This document shows, in pieces, positions 9,601-23,089 of a stretch of DNA of 64,000 nucleotides; position 1 is the stretch's first letter, and each line of letters begins with the position of its first letter. The stretch is from assembly GCA_965603825.1 (NCBI GenBank), contig CBFDEM010000063.1, positions 248,001-312,000 on the forward strand, written 5' to 3'. The stretch comes from Blepharisma stoltei ATCC 30299 (lineage: Eukaryota > Protista > Ciliophora). The position numbers and the translations under genes were made by a program. A model generated the notes under the pieces. The model did not search any database and was not told the origin of the DNA. It worked only from the letters and a program-made list of their open reading frames with translations.

Positions 9601-12600
9601 TATATCTACAGCTAATGATTTAGTTGGAAAAGGTACTAGGCTCTTGCATACTAAGAATCCAAGGATCTGGAGCTATGACTTTGACTCTGCAAAGTCCTTC
9701 ATTGACAACAACATCAGTAACATCAAATACTTTGAGCATAACAACTGGCGTCTGGATTTTGCTTTCTTATACAGTTGTATACTCATCCTATTCCACCACT
9801 ATAACTCCTTATCTAAACAACGTAGCTGTTACAGGCACAACAAGCTCAGAATATGTGTATAGAGAATCAGCTGCTTCCACCCTTTATATCGGCCAAGGAA
9901 ATAGCTACTTCAGTGGGTTTATATACAATTTCAAGCTCTGAAATACAAACTATTCCCCTTTTACTACTGAATATACAGGCACCGAGCTTTGTACATCAGG
10001 TGGAAGTGCCTGCTTTGGGACTTGCACGTTTGGCCAATACTATGATACAGTTACCTCTCAATGTAAACCTTGTTCAAGCTGCAGTAAGGGATGCACTCGA
10101 GCTTCCTCTTGCAATATTTGCTATGATCCTCTATGCTCAGTCTGCACTGGCTTTGGGTCTGGCAAATGCACAACTTGCATTACAAATGCATCTAAAACAG
10201 CAGCAACAGACTGTGCCTGTAATAGTGGGTATTACTTATCAGATCCTTTTACATGCACTGCATGCTATACGGGATGTTCTGTATGCACAGGAACAGGCTA
10301 TTACCAATGCACTGCATGTGTATCGACTAAATATTTCCTTTCTGTTATGTGTTTAAGCTATTGTCCAACTGGATATACTCAAGACTCTACAAATAATTTA
10401 TGTACGGTTTCTACGACTAATGTGATTTCTGTTGCTTTGCAAGATTTGATTTATTTGGGAACTGTAAGTAGTTTTACGGTTGGATCATCAAGCACTAATG
10501 CGTACCCAACTTTTGATGCTGGAAGCGACCCAATCCCATCAATTTATAGAGGATATTACTTTGCAAATGCTTATTATATGACTTATAGTTCTCTTATAAT
10601 TACTCCTTACTTTATTGTCACGGTTTGGGTGAAGCCAATATTATCAGGATACTTGCTTTTGAAATTGGATAGCTCTTCGAATGCTATGTTTGCATTTTCA
10701 TTTACAGGCCTAGGATATGCATCGCTTACTCTGCGCCTTCAAGATGCTACGACAGTCACTTCAACTGGATTGACAAGTGTTCTTGGAAGCTGGCATAATA
10801 TTGCTTTTACTGGAGATATCTCTAGTGGTAAAACAGTCATTACATTGTATACTGATGGTAATTTAATCGGAGGCACTTCTACAGCAACATCAGTAAGTGT
10901 TTCTCCATTTATAGATTCTTCATCTGGAACTTTATATGTTGGATCTCAGTCAGGATCTAATGGATTTACAGGCTTTTTGTGGAGTTTTAAATTTTATAAT
11001 GGAAATTCTAACCAGAATGCTGAATGGATTACAAGTGGCTGCAATTCGGGGTGCTCAACTTGCCCATCAGAAAAAAAGTGTCCTGATAGTTGCAGCTTTG
11101 GATATTTCTATTCAGGATCAGGATGCACTCAATGTGGAAGTGGATGTGGGAATTATGGATGCAGGAGTACTGATACTTGTAGGCTTTGCCAAACTAAAGA
11201 ATGTTATGCTTGCACTTTATTTGACGGCAGTTGCACTTCTTGTATTACAAATGCATCACCGAGTGGAACAGCATGTGCATGCAATACTAATGCATTTTGG
11301 AAGGCGTCTACTGCTACTTGCGAATTGTGCGATAATAAATGTTCGGCATGTGCTGGAACTTATTACTTTTTATGCAATACTTGTTCTTCTGGGACGATTG
11401 TAGATAATGTGTGCTTGAATGGTTGCCCTCAAGGATATAGCACAAGCCCATGTACAAGTACAAAATCGGCAATATTCCAAGCACTATTTGATACTTCGTT
11501 TTCTGGAACCTACTCAACATATTTCCAAACCTCAAGTTCATCAGCAACATATCAGTTTTTTAGCACTCCAGATGCTTTAGATCCAGTTCCTGCTTACAAA
11601 AGAGGTCTTTATTTTTCAGGAGGACAATATTTAATTACCAATACCAATATATTGCTAAGTAATAATGTGTCTATGGGACTATGGATTTATGTGATTACCT
11701 CTGGAGATATTCTTCAAAAATCACCTGGAATTACATTCAGTTCTTCAGGTGTTTTAACAGTCACCTTAGAAAATCAATCACTTACTACGAGCTCTCTTTC
11801 TACCACTGCTCTAACAGCTTTTTCTGGTTGAACTTATGTGTCATTTTCCATTTCCTTTTTAAACGGAGACACTTCAATAGCGACTTATTTAAATGGAGCA
11901 GCAGGAAACACTGCTAGCTCTGCAACTAATATTTACAGAGACACTTCAAATGCTTTATATATCGGAAAAAGCACAAACAGCTACTTTACAGGTTTTGTTT
12001 AATATTTTACATTATGAAATGCAGCCATCACTACTTTTACTTCAAGCTTATCAATTCCTTGCTCATCAAGTTCAAGTCCTTATACTTCTTGCCTTTGGTC
12101 TTGCTCAATTAGCCAATATTATAGCACATCATGCAGTTCTTGTAATAACGGGTCAGGAGGCAGCTGCTCATATGGATGCGTAAGAGCTTCATCTTGCAAT
12201 ATTTGCTATGATCCTCTTTGTAAAACCTGTACCAGCTTTAATTCAGGAGATTGCACGACTTGTGTTGATAATGCGACTGGTGGAGAGACAACTGCTTGCT
12301 ATTGCAATACCAATTATATATCTAGCGGGTTTGCTTGTGTATGGGCTTGCACTACTGGATGTGCTGGATGCTCAGGGACTCAATATTATCAGTGCATATC
12401 ATGCAATAGCGGCTATTACTATTTAAATGGGCTTTGTTTATTAGCTTGCCCAACAGGTTATACAGCAAGTCCAAGCCCATCTAACTCTTGTGTTCAGTCA
12501 TCTGCGACAATATATTCTCTAGCTCTTCAAGATATTATTAAGCTGAGTTCTACAGATTCAAGCATAACAATTGGCTCTACTAACTCGAATTCTTACCCTA

Positions 12601-15600
12601 CATTTGAAACAGGTGATCCTGTTCCTAGTATATATAGAGGCTATTATTTTACTAGTGCTTCAACTATTACCTTGAGCAGTGCTAAGCTATATCCATTTTT
12701 TTCAATAGTGTTATGAGCGAGAGAAAAAGGGGATGGAAAATTACTATCTCAATCTGATGGGACTACCCAGTTTATTAATATATCATTCTCATCAGGAAAA
12801 ATCTCAATTTCTCTTATCTTAGAAGACTCCTCTACTGTCACTTTGGCTGATACAACTACAACCTTTACTGGGAATTGGCATAATATAGCTTTTGAAGGGA
12901 ACTTAAATAGTGGAAAAACTAAAATTTCTTATTACTTGGATGGAGCCTTAGTTTCAACTCAAAGCTCTACTAACTCGAAGATGCTAATTGATACTGGAAC
13001 TTTGTATATTGGAACATACTCAGGGACAGATGGCTTTGTCGGCTTTTTATGGAGCCTTAAAATTTTTAATGAAAATGGTCATTATCTTGATGAATGGATT
13101 ACATCTGGGTGCCCAGCAAGCTGCTCAACTGGATGCCCTTCAGAAAAACTTTGTCCAGACAGTTGCGAATTCGGGTACTATTATGACACTTCTTATGCAG
13201 CTTGCAAACAATGCGATTCCTCACAAAACTGTGGAGGCAGCTATGGCTGTCGAAGCCTCTTAACTTGCCGCTTATGCAAAGCAAAAGAATGCTCAGCTTG
13301 CTCAGCCTTTGACGATGCCTGCTCTGCATGCATAACTAATGCTTATATTCCTTCAGGGAATAATGAATGCCAATGCAACTTAAATGCTTTTTGGATCCAA
13401 TCCACACAAACTTGCGAAATCTGTGACAGTCTTTGTGATGACTGTGCTGAAACTTATTATCACGAATGCAGCCAATGTAGTAGCTCAGCAATTGCTGTTG
13501 GAACCGTGTGTTTGCATGCATGTCCTACTGGCTATGCATATTCGTCCCCCACATGCACAATATCTACCTCGTCTATCGTCGATCAGTCGTTTTATCAAGA
13601 TTGGGCAGGACTTTATGGCATTTTCCAGACATCTTCATCAGCAGCCTCTTATTATTTTTCCACTACTGTGGATACACAAGATCCTGTGCCTGTTTATAAC
13701 AGGGACTTTATTTTTCAGGTGGAAAATACTTGGTGTCTACATCAAATATATATTTAGCTCACTACTTTTCTGTTGGGTTATGGGTATATGTGATCACTGC
13801 TGGAGATGTTTTCCAGAAAAATAGCAGAGTTATATTGAATTCTGCAGGATCAGCTACAATTGCGCTGGAACAACCTTTAACTGCAAGCGCAACAGTCACA
13901 GTAACTTCTGCAACTCTAATCTTTAGTAGCTGGGTTTATTTGTCTTTAACAGTTTCCTATTCACAAGGCACCACTTCTATCCAAACCCGCTATAATACTA
14001 ATAATGGTGTGGCTTCATCCAGCACAAACAATATATTTAGAGATGTGTCTAGTGACGTTATTTACATTGGGAAAAGCACCAGTTCTTCAACATTTGCAGG
14101 ATATGTATATACAATTACTATATGAAATACTGCAGTCACTGATTTTACGACACAACTTGCCTTAAGTACTTTATCTTGATGGTCTTGCAGCTTTAGCCAA
14201 TACTATGATGGCTCGGCATGTCAAAGTTGTGGAGGGTCTTGCTCTCTTGGATGCAGAAGAGCTCTGTCTTGCAACTACTGTGATGATATTCTATGTAAAA
14301 CCTGCTCTGGGTTTTCCTCAAATGAATGCTCAGTATGTGTTGATAATGCAAGTGGCCCGGGAACAGGCTGTAATTGTAATGCAGGCTGGAAGCCTTCTTC
14401 TATAGGTGATACCTGCATTAATGACTGCAAAACAGGATGCGCAACCTGCACATCTTCTGCATATTATAACTGCGACTCCTGCAGTTCTGGATGCTATTTG
14501 ATCTCTAATATGTGCTTTACTGCCTGCCCAGCAGGCTATGCAGCAGATTCTACGAATGTTTGCATTTGGAGCAGCGATAGCGCGTTGTCATTATCCTTAC
14601 AGAATTTAATTTACCTAGATAGTGTAAGCTCAGTACAAGTAGGTTCTTCGAATTCTAATGCATATCCTACCTGGGATTCAAGTGACCCGATTCCTTCTAT
14701 TAGTCGTGGATATTATTTTATCAGTGGAAAATATATGGATGCTGGTGCATTTATGATGAGTCCGTTTTATACAGTTACTATTTGGGTAAAGCCTATCGGT
14801 TTAGGATATTTGATGGTGAAATTAGATGGATCTACAGAAATGTTTGGAATTCACTTTGATATAAATGGGGACCCAATAGTTGAAGCTACCTTGAGCGATG
14901 GTTCAAGTGTTTCTTTAACAACTTCATCATCATTATTTGGAAGTTGACATAATTTAGCTTATACAGGAAATATTGTGACTGGCTATACCACAATTTCTCT
15001 TTACTTGGATGGAGCTGCAACACCAACAACCCAAACTTCTACTTCAATGCAACCATTTATTGATTCAGGATCATTATTATTTGGATACTCTTCAATAGCA
15101 GATAGTTTCCAAGGCTTTTTATGAAGTGTGAAAATCTACAATAAAAATACATACCAAGCTTCTGAATGGATAGCATCAGGCTGCCCTTCATCCTGCAGTT
15201 CAGGATGTCCTTCAGAGCAGCTTTGTCCTGATTCTTGTTTATTCGGAGAATATGATGATGGCGGCTGTCAAGTTTGCGATAGCGCATTTTCATGCTCTTA
15301 TGGATGCAGGAGCTGAGATACCTGCAGACTTTGCAAAGCAAAAGAATGCGATACTTGCACAACATTCACTGGAGATTGCACTCATTGTATAACTAATGCT
15401 GAAATTGTAACAGGAAATACTTGTGCTTGTAAAGATGTAGCTTTTTGGGTCCATTCCTCTCAATCTTGTGAACTTTATGATGGTCTTTGCTCAAAATGCT
15501 TAGGATCTTATTACTTTGAGTGTCAAACTTGTATATCAGGGGCACAAAAAGTTGACAATATCTGCTTGCATGCTTGCCCTTATGGTTTTGATTCAAGCTG

Positions 15601-18600
15601 CAACTATCCTGCATCAAGCCAAGTAATAAACGAAGTGTTTGGGGATAATTTTAGAGGTCAATATGGAGAATTTATCACCGGGACAAGTGCATCTTCTTAT
15701 CAATTTTTCAATTCTCCTGAAGTAAATATCGACCCAACTCAAGCTAAAAATAGAGGGCTTTACTTCACTAATGGCAGCTATCTTCAAGCATCCACAATTT
15801 ATCTTAATTATAAATTTTCTATAGGTTTCTGGGCAAATGTAAAAACTGCTGGAGATATGCTTGAAAAACAGCCAAACTTGAGATTTAGCTCTGATGCGTC
15901 ATCTATTGTTTATTTAGAAAATCCAAGCTTAGTAACAGCATCAGTTAGTACATTAGCAATTACATATACAGCAGGATGAAATTATTTTGCCATAACTATT
16001 GCATATACTCCTGGCTCTACAGCTGTTACCTGTTATGTCAACGCAGCTTCAAGTTCTCCTGCAACCATCACGAATAATTGTATATTTAGAGATGTCAGCT
16101 CTCAGCAGATTATAATAGGGAAAAGCTCAGCATCCTCAACATTTGAAGGTTTTATATACAATTTCAACTTATGGACTGATACAATAACAGATTTTAGCTA
16201 CCAAATAAATAATGATATATGCAACACTGGGCAAGGCCATAGCTGCTTGTGGGATTGCTATATAGATAAATACCAAGATACCGATGGATCATGTAAATCT
16301 TGCAATTCATGCTCTTTAGGCTGTACACGAGGGGTCTCTTGTGGGATTTGTGATGATAAATTGTGTGATGAATGCTCTGGGTTTGGAGCCAACCTTTGTT
16401 ATACTTGCGTTACCCATGCCTCAGGTGCTCCTGGAAGTGCTTGCTCATGTGACCAGCAATATTATTTAAATCCTGATGGCTTTTCCTGCTCTCCTTGTAC
16501 AACGGGATGCAAAACCTGCTCTGGCAATGATTATTATCTATGCACATCTTGCATTAACTTATATTACTTGCTTTCAGGAATGTGTTTAGGATATTGTCCA
16601 ACCGGCTATACAGCAGACAGCACTACTCATGAATGCACTTTACCACATAACCCTTCTCTTTCAGTGGTATTAAACAATGACATACTACTAAATTTAGTTG
16701 ATGGCATGAATGTAGGAAATGACAATTCAAATAAGTACCCTGCTTGAACTGATGCAAATGACCCAACGCCAGCTATCCTAAGAGGTTATTATTTCTATGG
16801 CACGCAGTCTTTGTCTAAATCTTCATTTCTTATATCCACACAATTTTCTGTCCTTTTGTGGCTAAAGCCAATTGCTGGAGGATATGTAGCTGTAAAATCA
16901 GATGGGACACATGAATACTTCAAGCTCGTTTTAGATGGATCTGGGAATCCGAATTTAGCCATTTTAATGGCTGACAGCTCAACCGTTTCCATAGCAGGGT
17001 CTTCAAGCTTACTATTAAATAATTGGCATTTCCTTGCAGTCACTGGAACATTGATATCAGGTCTTGCATCAGTCATGCAACTTTGGCTTCGACTACTTGC
17101 ACTTGTGATGTTGATGCTATTTGGGTGGCTTCTTCGTCTTCTTGTGAGCTGTGCGATGATCCTATCTGTTCGGATTGTGCTTCTACGTGCTATTTTGACT
17201 GTACTACTTGCAGTTCTGGAAATTTGGTAGGGTCAGCTTGCTTATATGATTGCCCTACAGGATATACAGCTTCATGCACTATTGCACCGACTTCTCCTAT
17301 TATTGATGTGCTGTTGTATGGGACTTTTGCAGGGAGTTATTCTTCATTTACTACAGGATCGGATAATACGAAATATTTCTTTTTCCATTCCCCAGAAGCA
17401 GTTGACCCAATTCCAGCCTACAAAAGAGGTCTTTATTTTTCAAGTGGCAGCTATTTGCAATGGTCTTCTTCCATCTACTTATCCCATAGTTTTTCGCTTG
17501 GCCTTTGGGTGAATATTTTTGGCTCTGGCGATATATTAGAAAAAGACTCAACTGTGGTAATAAATTCCAGTGGAGCTGTTACAATCACATTAGAAACCCC
17601 TACAGCCACAACTCAGCAAGCATCTACAGCAGGTTCTGAAATATCAGGATGAAGCTATATTTCACTCACAGTCTCATACTCAGCTGCCATTACAGCCATG
17701 ACTTTTTACATTAACAATGCACCAGGAACTCCAGTCGCCTCTACAAATCTTCTATTCAGAGACGAAATAGGCAAATCACTTATGCTAGGTAAAAGCAGCT
17801 TATCTAGCTTCCGAGGGTTCATTTATAATTTCAAGCTATGGAATACTCCAATAACAGATTTTACTAGCTATTACTCAAACGAAATCTGTGGAAACTTAGG
17901 CTATGGTAATTGTCTGTGAAGCTGCGATATTGACAGTTATTATACAACAAGTTGCACATCATGCACATGAATTTGTAATCAAGGATGCAGAAGACCTCTT
18001 ACTTGTAATATTTGTGACGATGCATTGTGTGATATATGTGGAGACTTCGAAACAGGGACTTGCACTCAATGCATTTCTCATGCAAGTGGGACTCCTTGTA
18101 GCTGTAATACTGGGTATAGCTGATCTAATGATGGACTTTCCTGCAATACCTGTTATTCTGGATGCTCATCTTATTATTATATAGGAGGATTATGTGAACA
18201 AGACTGCCCAACTGGGTATACAGCAAATGGGAGTCCTAGTTATTCGTGTGATTTAATTGACTCTACTACTGATATGGTGTTATATATGAACCTAATCGAT
18301 AAAGTCTGTCTAAGCACAGTCAGCGGCTTTAATGTGGGGAGCTCTAGTACAAATGTATACCCTGACTGGGATTCAAATGATCCTATTCCTTCAAAATCAA
18401 GAGGTTATTATTTTGCAGGGACAAGCTATATGGAACAAATTTTTAAGTTCAGTCCTTGGTTTACTCTCTCTTTATGGGTAAAAGGTACAAGTGACGGATA
18501 TTTGATGACAAAATGCTATTTAGGGACTTCATATCTGTATGTTGTGTTTTCTTCAGGAATCCCAACACTCACTATTACTTTGCAGGATGCAAATACTCTA

Positions 18601-21600
18601 TCAGTCACATGTGGAACAACTAGTATCTTTAATTCATGAAGCTTCTTATCATTTACTGGGGAGCTTTTAAATAGCGGGCAAAGCAAAGTTCAGTGCTACT
18701 TAGGAAATTCCTTTATCCTTAGCTCTTTATCAGCCACTTCAAGTTATCTTAGAGATAATGCACTAGGAAATCTTATTATTGGGACCAAAGAGGATTATAC
18801 GCTAGGTTTTACAGGCTATATATGGAACTTAAAAATTTTTATTACAAGCTCCAATCAAGGAGACGATTATTCAACCTCAGGATGCTCATCTGGTTGTACT
18901 ATCTGCCCATCTGACAAAAATTGTTTAAGCGATTGCCTTTTCTCCACCTATCCTACAGCTTGCACAGGCTGCAAAACATCATGCAATAAAGGGTGCGTCA
19001 GCAATTTAGCCTGCAGTCTTTGCAAAAATAAAGAATGCAACCATTGTGATACCTTTACCGGAGCCTGTATCGATTGTATCACAAATGCTGGTTTTGTTGG
19101 TACGAATTGTCAATGTAATACCAATGCTTTATGAAATAGCGTTACAGAAACCTGTGATTTATGCTATAATTTGTGTGGATCCTGCTCAGCTTATACATTT
19201 TCTGGCTGCACATCTTGCATTTCTTCTCATTATTTGTATGAAAATATGTGTATTCAATACTGTCCAATTGGCTATACTTCATCTTCAGGCCAATGCAACT
19301 TGAGCTCATCATTGAATGGTTTTGTATTTAACTTGATGCCGCATCAGATAATGGACACAGTAACGGATCTCCAATCAAGCTTATCAATCCAAACAGGCCA
19401 AAGCTCAAACTTTTATCCAAATTATGATACGACAGACCCATATGCAGCAGAATATAGAGGATATTACTTTTTAGGAACTTCTTATATGAAATTTGTCTCT
19501 AGTTCATTGCTTTTTGCACCGAAATTTACGATTTCAACATGAATCAACCCAATTTTAGGAACCAGTATAATTTTGTCGAAGCAAGACTCGTCTGTGGTGA
19601 TTTATTTAGAGCTTGGAATATTTAGTGACAATAAGCCAATTCTTACCTTAAAGCTGCTTGACGGAAGTGTGGTCTCTTATAAAAGCTCTTCTGCAATTGT
19701 AGCTTCTCAATGAAATCTTATAATAGTCTCCTCAGACATTTCGTCTACACCTGCGCAGATCATAAGCTTCAATGTGAACTCAGTAACTGATACTTCAATA
19801 GACCTAGCTTCATCTTGGTTTGAAGACCTACAAGCTTCGTCTACAACTCTAATAGGAGCTCATTACACTGCGGCTTCTACTTTTGGGAATTATTTTACAG
19901 GCTTTTTATGGGACTTAAAAGTTTATAACCTAGTAAAAGCGCCATCTGCTCTATATTTGACTTCTTGCTCTGGCTGTTCTCAATGTCCTACTGACAACTC
20001 TGGATCATGCTTAGCTAACTGTCCAATCTCGAAATATTGGGATGGGGCAGCCTGTGCAGATTGCAGCACAGGATGCACATCTACTGGCTGCGTAAGAGTT
20101 GACATAAACTGTAACTTATGTGATGACGTAATCTGCTATGAATGCCACGATTATACAGGAAACTGTGTGTCATGCAGACCTCATGCTCATTTAGACTCTG
20201 GAAAATGTGTCTGTGACACTGGGTATTCTTGGGATACTGTTACTGAGTCTTGCATACTTTGCTATAGCTCATGCAAGTCATGCACAGGGGTTAATTTTTA
20301 TGAATGCACAACATGCATTTCTGGGAATTATTTGGTAAATGGATTATGCTTGTCATATTGCCCAAGCGGCTATAAAGCATCGACAAATGTATGTGCTGAA
20401 ACGAATGCAATGATGTTTGACTTGGAACTGGAAACGCTTAATGGAGTGATTTATGATAAAGCAAGCCAAGTGCCAATATTGACTGGGTCTACTTCGAATT
20501 TCTATATGAACTATGATAGTGATGACCCAATTCCAGCTCCTCTACGAGGAATGTGGTTTAACGGAGACTCCTCAATTCTTCATATGCCTAAATATTCTAA
20601 TTACTCATCTCCTTTATTGATTATTGGGCCTGTGTTTACGTACTCAATATGAATTAATCCTTGGTCAGACACATCTACTGTAATGTACACCCAAGATTCT
20701 TCGAATTCTGAAGAATTCGCTATTAAGTTAAATGCAGGTTATCCCTCAATAGAACTAAGCCTTAAAATTGCTGGCTTTATAGCACATCAGTGCAAAACCC
20801 CAATTACGCAGCCTGAATGAAACCATGTTGTATTTACATTGAATATAGATGCTTTAGGTCATTCTTATATTCAATGCACTGTCAATACTATTCCTAACGA
20901 CTCTTCTGTAGATCTTGGTCTTTCCTATTATTTGACTTCGAAAACGAATCCAAGTGGGACTATTGGTGGAGAAATTCAAGGGACAAATTATGTTCATTAT
21001 TATAAAGGCTTTATATATAAAATCGTTATATACCACACTATTAAAACAATAGAAAATTTAGCTTTGGCTAAATCGTATTGCACTGAACCTTGTCCTTCTT
21101 GTCTTCCATCAAAAAAATGCATCCCGAACTGCAGTATTGATAAATATTGGTTTGGACCTGCATACAATGTCTGCTCCGATTGCAAAAGCAACTGTAAATA
21201 TGGCTGCAAAGATTCCTCTATAGTCTGCAACCTGTGCTACAGCACACTTTGCAGTAATTGCACTGATTATGATAGCTATTCTTGCACTAGCTGTGTTTCA
21301 AATGCAGAAAACATCGCAAATTGTACATGTGAGAATTCATATGGTATTAGTAAAAACTTAACTTACTGCGCTCCTTGCAATACAAATGCATATACTGAAG
21401 ACGGATACTGCAAAACCTGCCCAAACCTCTGTGAAACTTGCACAAATAGCACTAACTGCCTTACCTGCATAGAAAACTCTTATTTAAGCAGCGGCCTTTG
21501 CAAATGCAATGTAGGTTTCAATGGAACCACAAACTGCACTGAAATTTGGTTTTATGCGAATTTAACAGTAAACGAAGACAATTCTTTAAATCTCACATTT

Positions 21601-22975
21601 TCTAATGATTTAGCTGTATCACTTGATTCGATGGACGTACTTATATCAATAGCAAACGTATCTGATACTAATTTGACATGGACAATGGAAGAAAGAAATA
21701 GCTCGTTTTATTTAATTTCTCTCGATATCTTAACCAAAGTTTCCACAGGCACTCAGGTGACGTTAAAATTTTTGAATAAAAACTTAGTTGTTTCTGTGTC
21801 AAATGAGCTGCTAAAAAACCACACCTTAATTAGTTATTTGTATTATTATAATCCTTACTCAGAAGATCCTACAATTCACGCTATTGCAAGCCAAACCACT
21901 GCTGTAGTCCAGTCTATAACTGGAGTAGCTTTAGCATTATCCTTTATAAACCCAAACCCATCTAGCTTATGGAGTATGCCAAGCTGTGAGGTATGGATAT
22001 GACACTGATTTAGTTCTGTTCAATGTAGGAAGCCCTATATGCACTGTTAGTCTATTTTTCATACTTTTGCCTGCTGTTTATCTTTTATCCTCATGCTCAC
22101 ATCCATTTGTGGCTAAAAAACTCGCAATGGTATTAAAGAACTACAAATATTCGTTATTTGTAAGGTTTTGGATTCAAGCGTACTTAGACTTCTGTGCAGC
22201 TACAGTTTTAGGCTTGATAAACGTAATTTTTATGTAGTTTTCAATGAACAACCCTAGCCAGTATACCAATATTGCTCTCTGCATTGGATTATTTACTTTT
22301 GAAATCTTAACCCCTATTTTATTCTTCATGTTTTCATATAAGAATTTAAACAAAATTCAACATAAAGAAAGAGGGTTTGAAAGACTTTGGAGCTCGTTTT
22401 TCTATGAGTTTAAGAATGACCAAGGACTTATGAGTACCCAATACTATTCAATTTTCTTTGTAAGAAGACTCATTTATATACTCAATCTTACCCTTTTAAT
22501 TGATTATTCAGCTACTCAAGTTACTATAAATAGCGTTCTGTCATTTACAACTGTATTTTATTTGATCAAATATAGACCATACTTAGAAAAAGTACAGCAG
22601 GCTACAAATTTAGCGACTGAAATTGGAATTTTCCTATTTGTGACAATAATGGCAGGGAATATTTTTGGACTAGCAAGCAGTGTTCAAGCGAAATTCGAGC
22701 TGACAATGGTAGTGGTGGCTATTGCGATTATGGCTGTTCAGATGTGTGGAAGTCTTGTGATATTTGGGCAAACTTGCTATGAAATCATCAAAGATGGGAT
22801 ACAAAAAACGACTGGAAAAAATGCTAAAAAACTTGAACAAGTGAATGATCCCAGCGGACAGACAATTCACATGGATAGGGATACTGAATTTTATCATAGG
22901 AGGATAACTGATAATATGACACTGGTGAGATCTGAAACAAGGCCGACAGCTGTGGAAGAGTTTATATTAGATTAA
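8429..22975 (+). CDS. Giant (~4,800 aa) Cys-rich/LamG-like repeat surface protein with multi-TM C-terminus; frameshifted and deleted as assembled (possible pseudogene)
   Basis: The motif DPxPxxxRGxYF occurs 12 times at ~1.05 kb spacing. Each is followed by a LamG/ConA-like FSxxLW...W....LYIG...F.GF..  fold and CxxC furin-like repeats. C-terminal hydrophobic helices carry FFYEFK, YYSIFFVRR and RPY. Frameshifts at 8470-9660 (several), ~13703, ~17062 and ~21978. One intron at 22223-22237. Confidence 0.8.
22223..22237 (+). other. 15-nt intron GTAATTTTTATGTAG
   Basis: Joins the 21986 and 22244 ORFs in frame. A at position 10. In-frame TAG if retained. Confidence 0.85.
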
Positions 22976-23089
22976 ATAACTCCAATCTCCTTATATCCAA
23001 ATAATATTTTCAATATATGTCTAAATTAATTAAAATTTATTTTAGCGGTATTAAAATAAAAATGTACGTTGAAACTTTTAAATAATAAC

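Noticed and set aside
13695-13712. Programmed ribosomal frameshift site
   Set aside because: There is no slippery heptamer or AAA-TAR motif. One missing G in a G-run restores RGLYF, so error or mutation is simpler.
21974-21990. 17-nt GT...AG candidate intron to repair the frameshift
   Set aside because: Removing it gives the wrong frame and a TAG within a few codons. It also lacks the 15-nt YAG pattern.
8429-22975. TGA as Cys (Euplotes-type code) or selenocysteine in the Cys-rich protein
   Set aside because: TGA aligns with TGG in sister modules and paralogs and with conserved Trp in known families, not with Cys positions.
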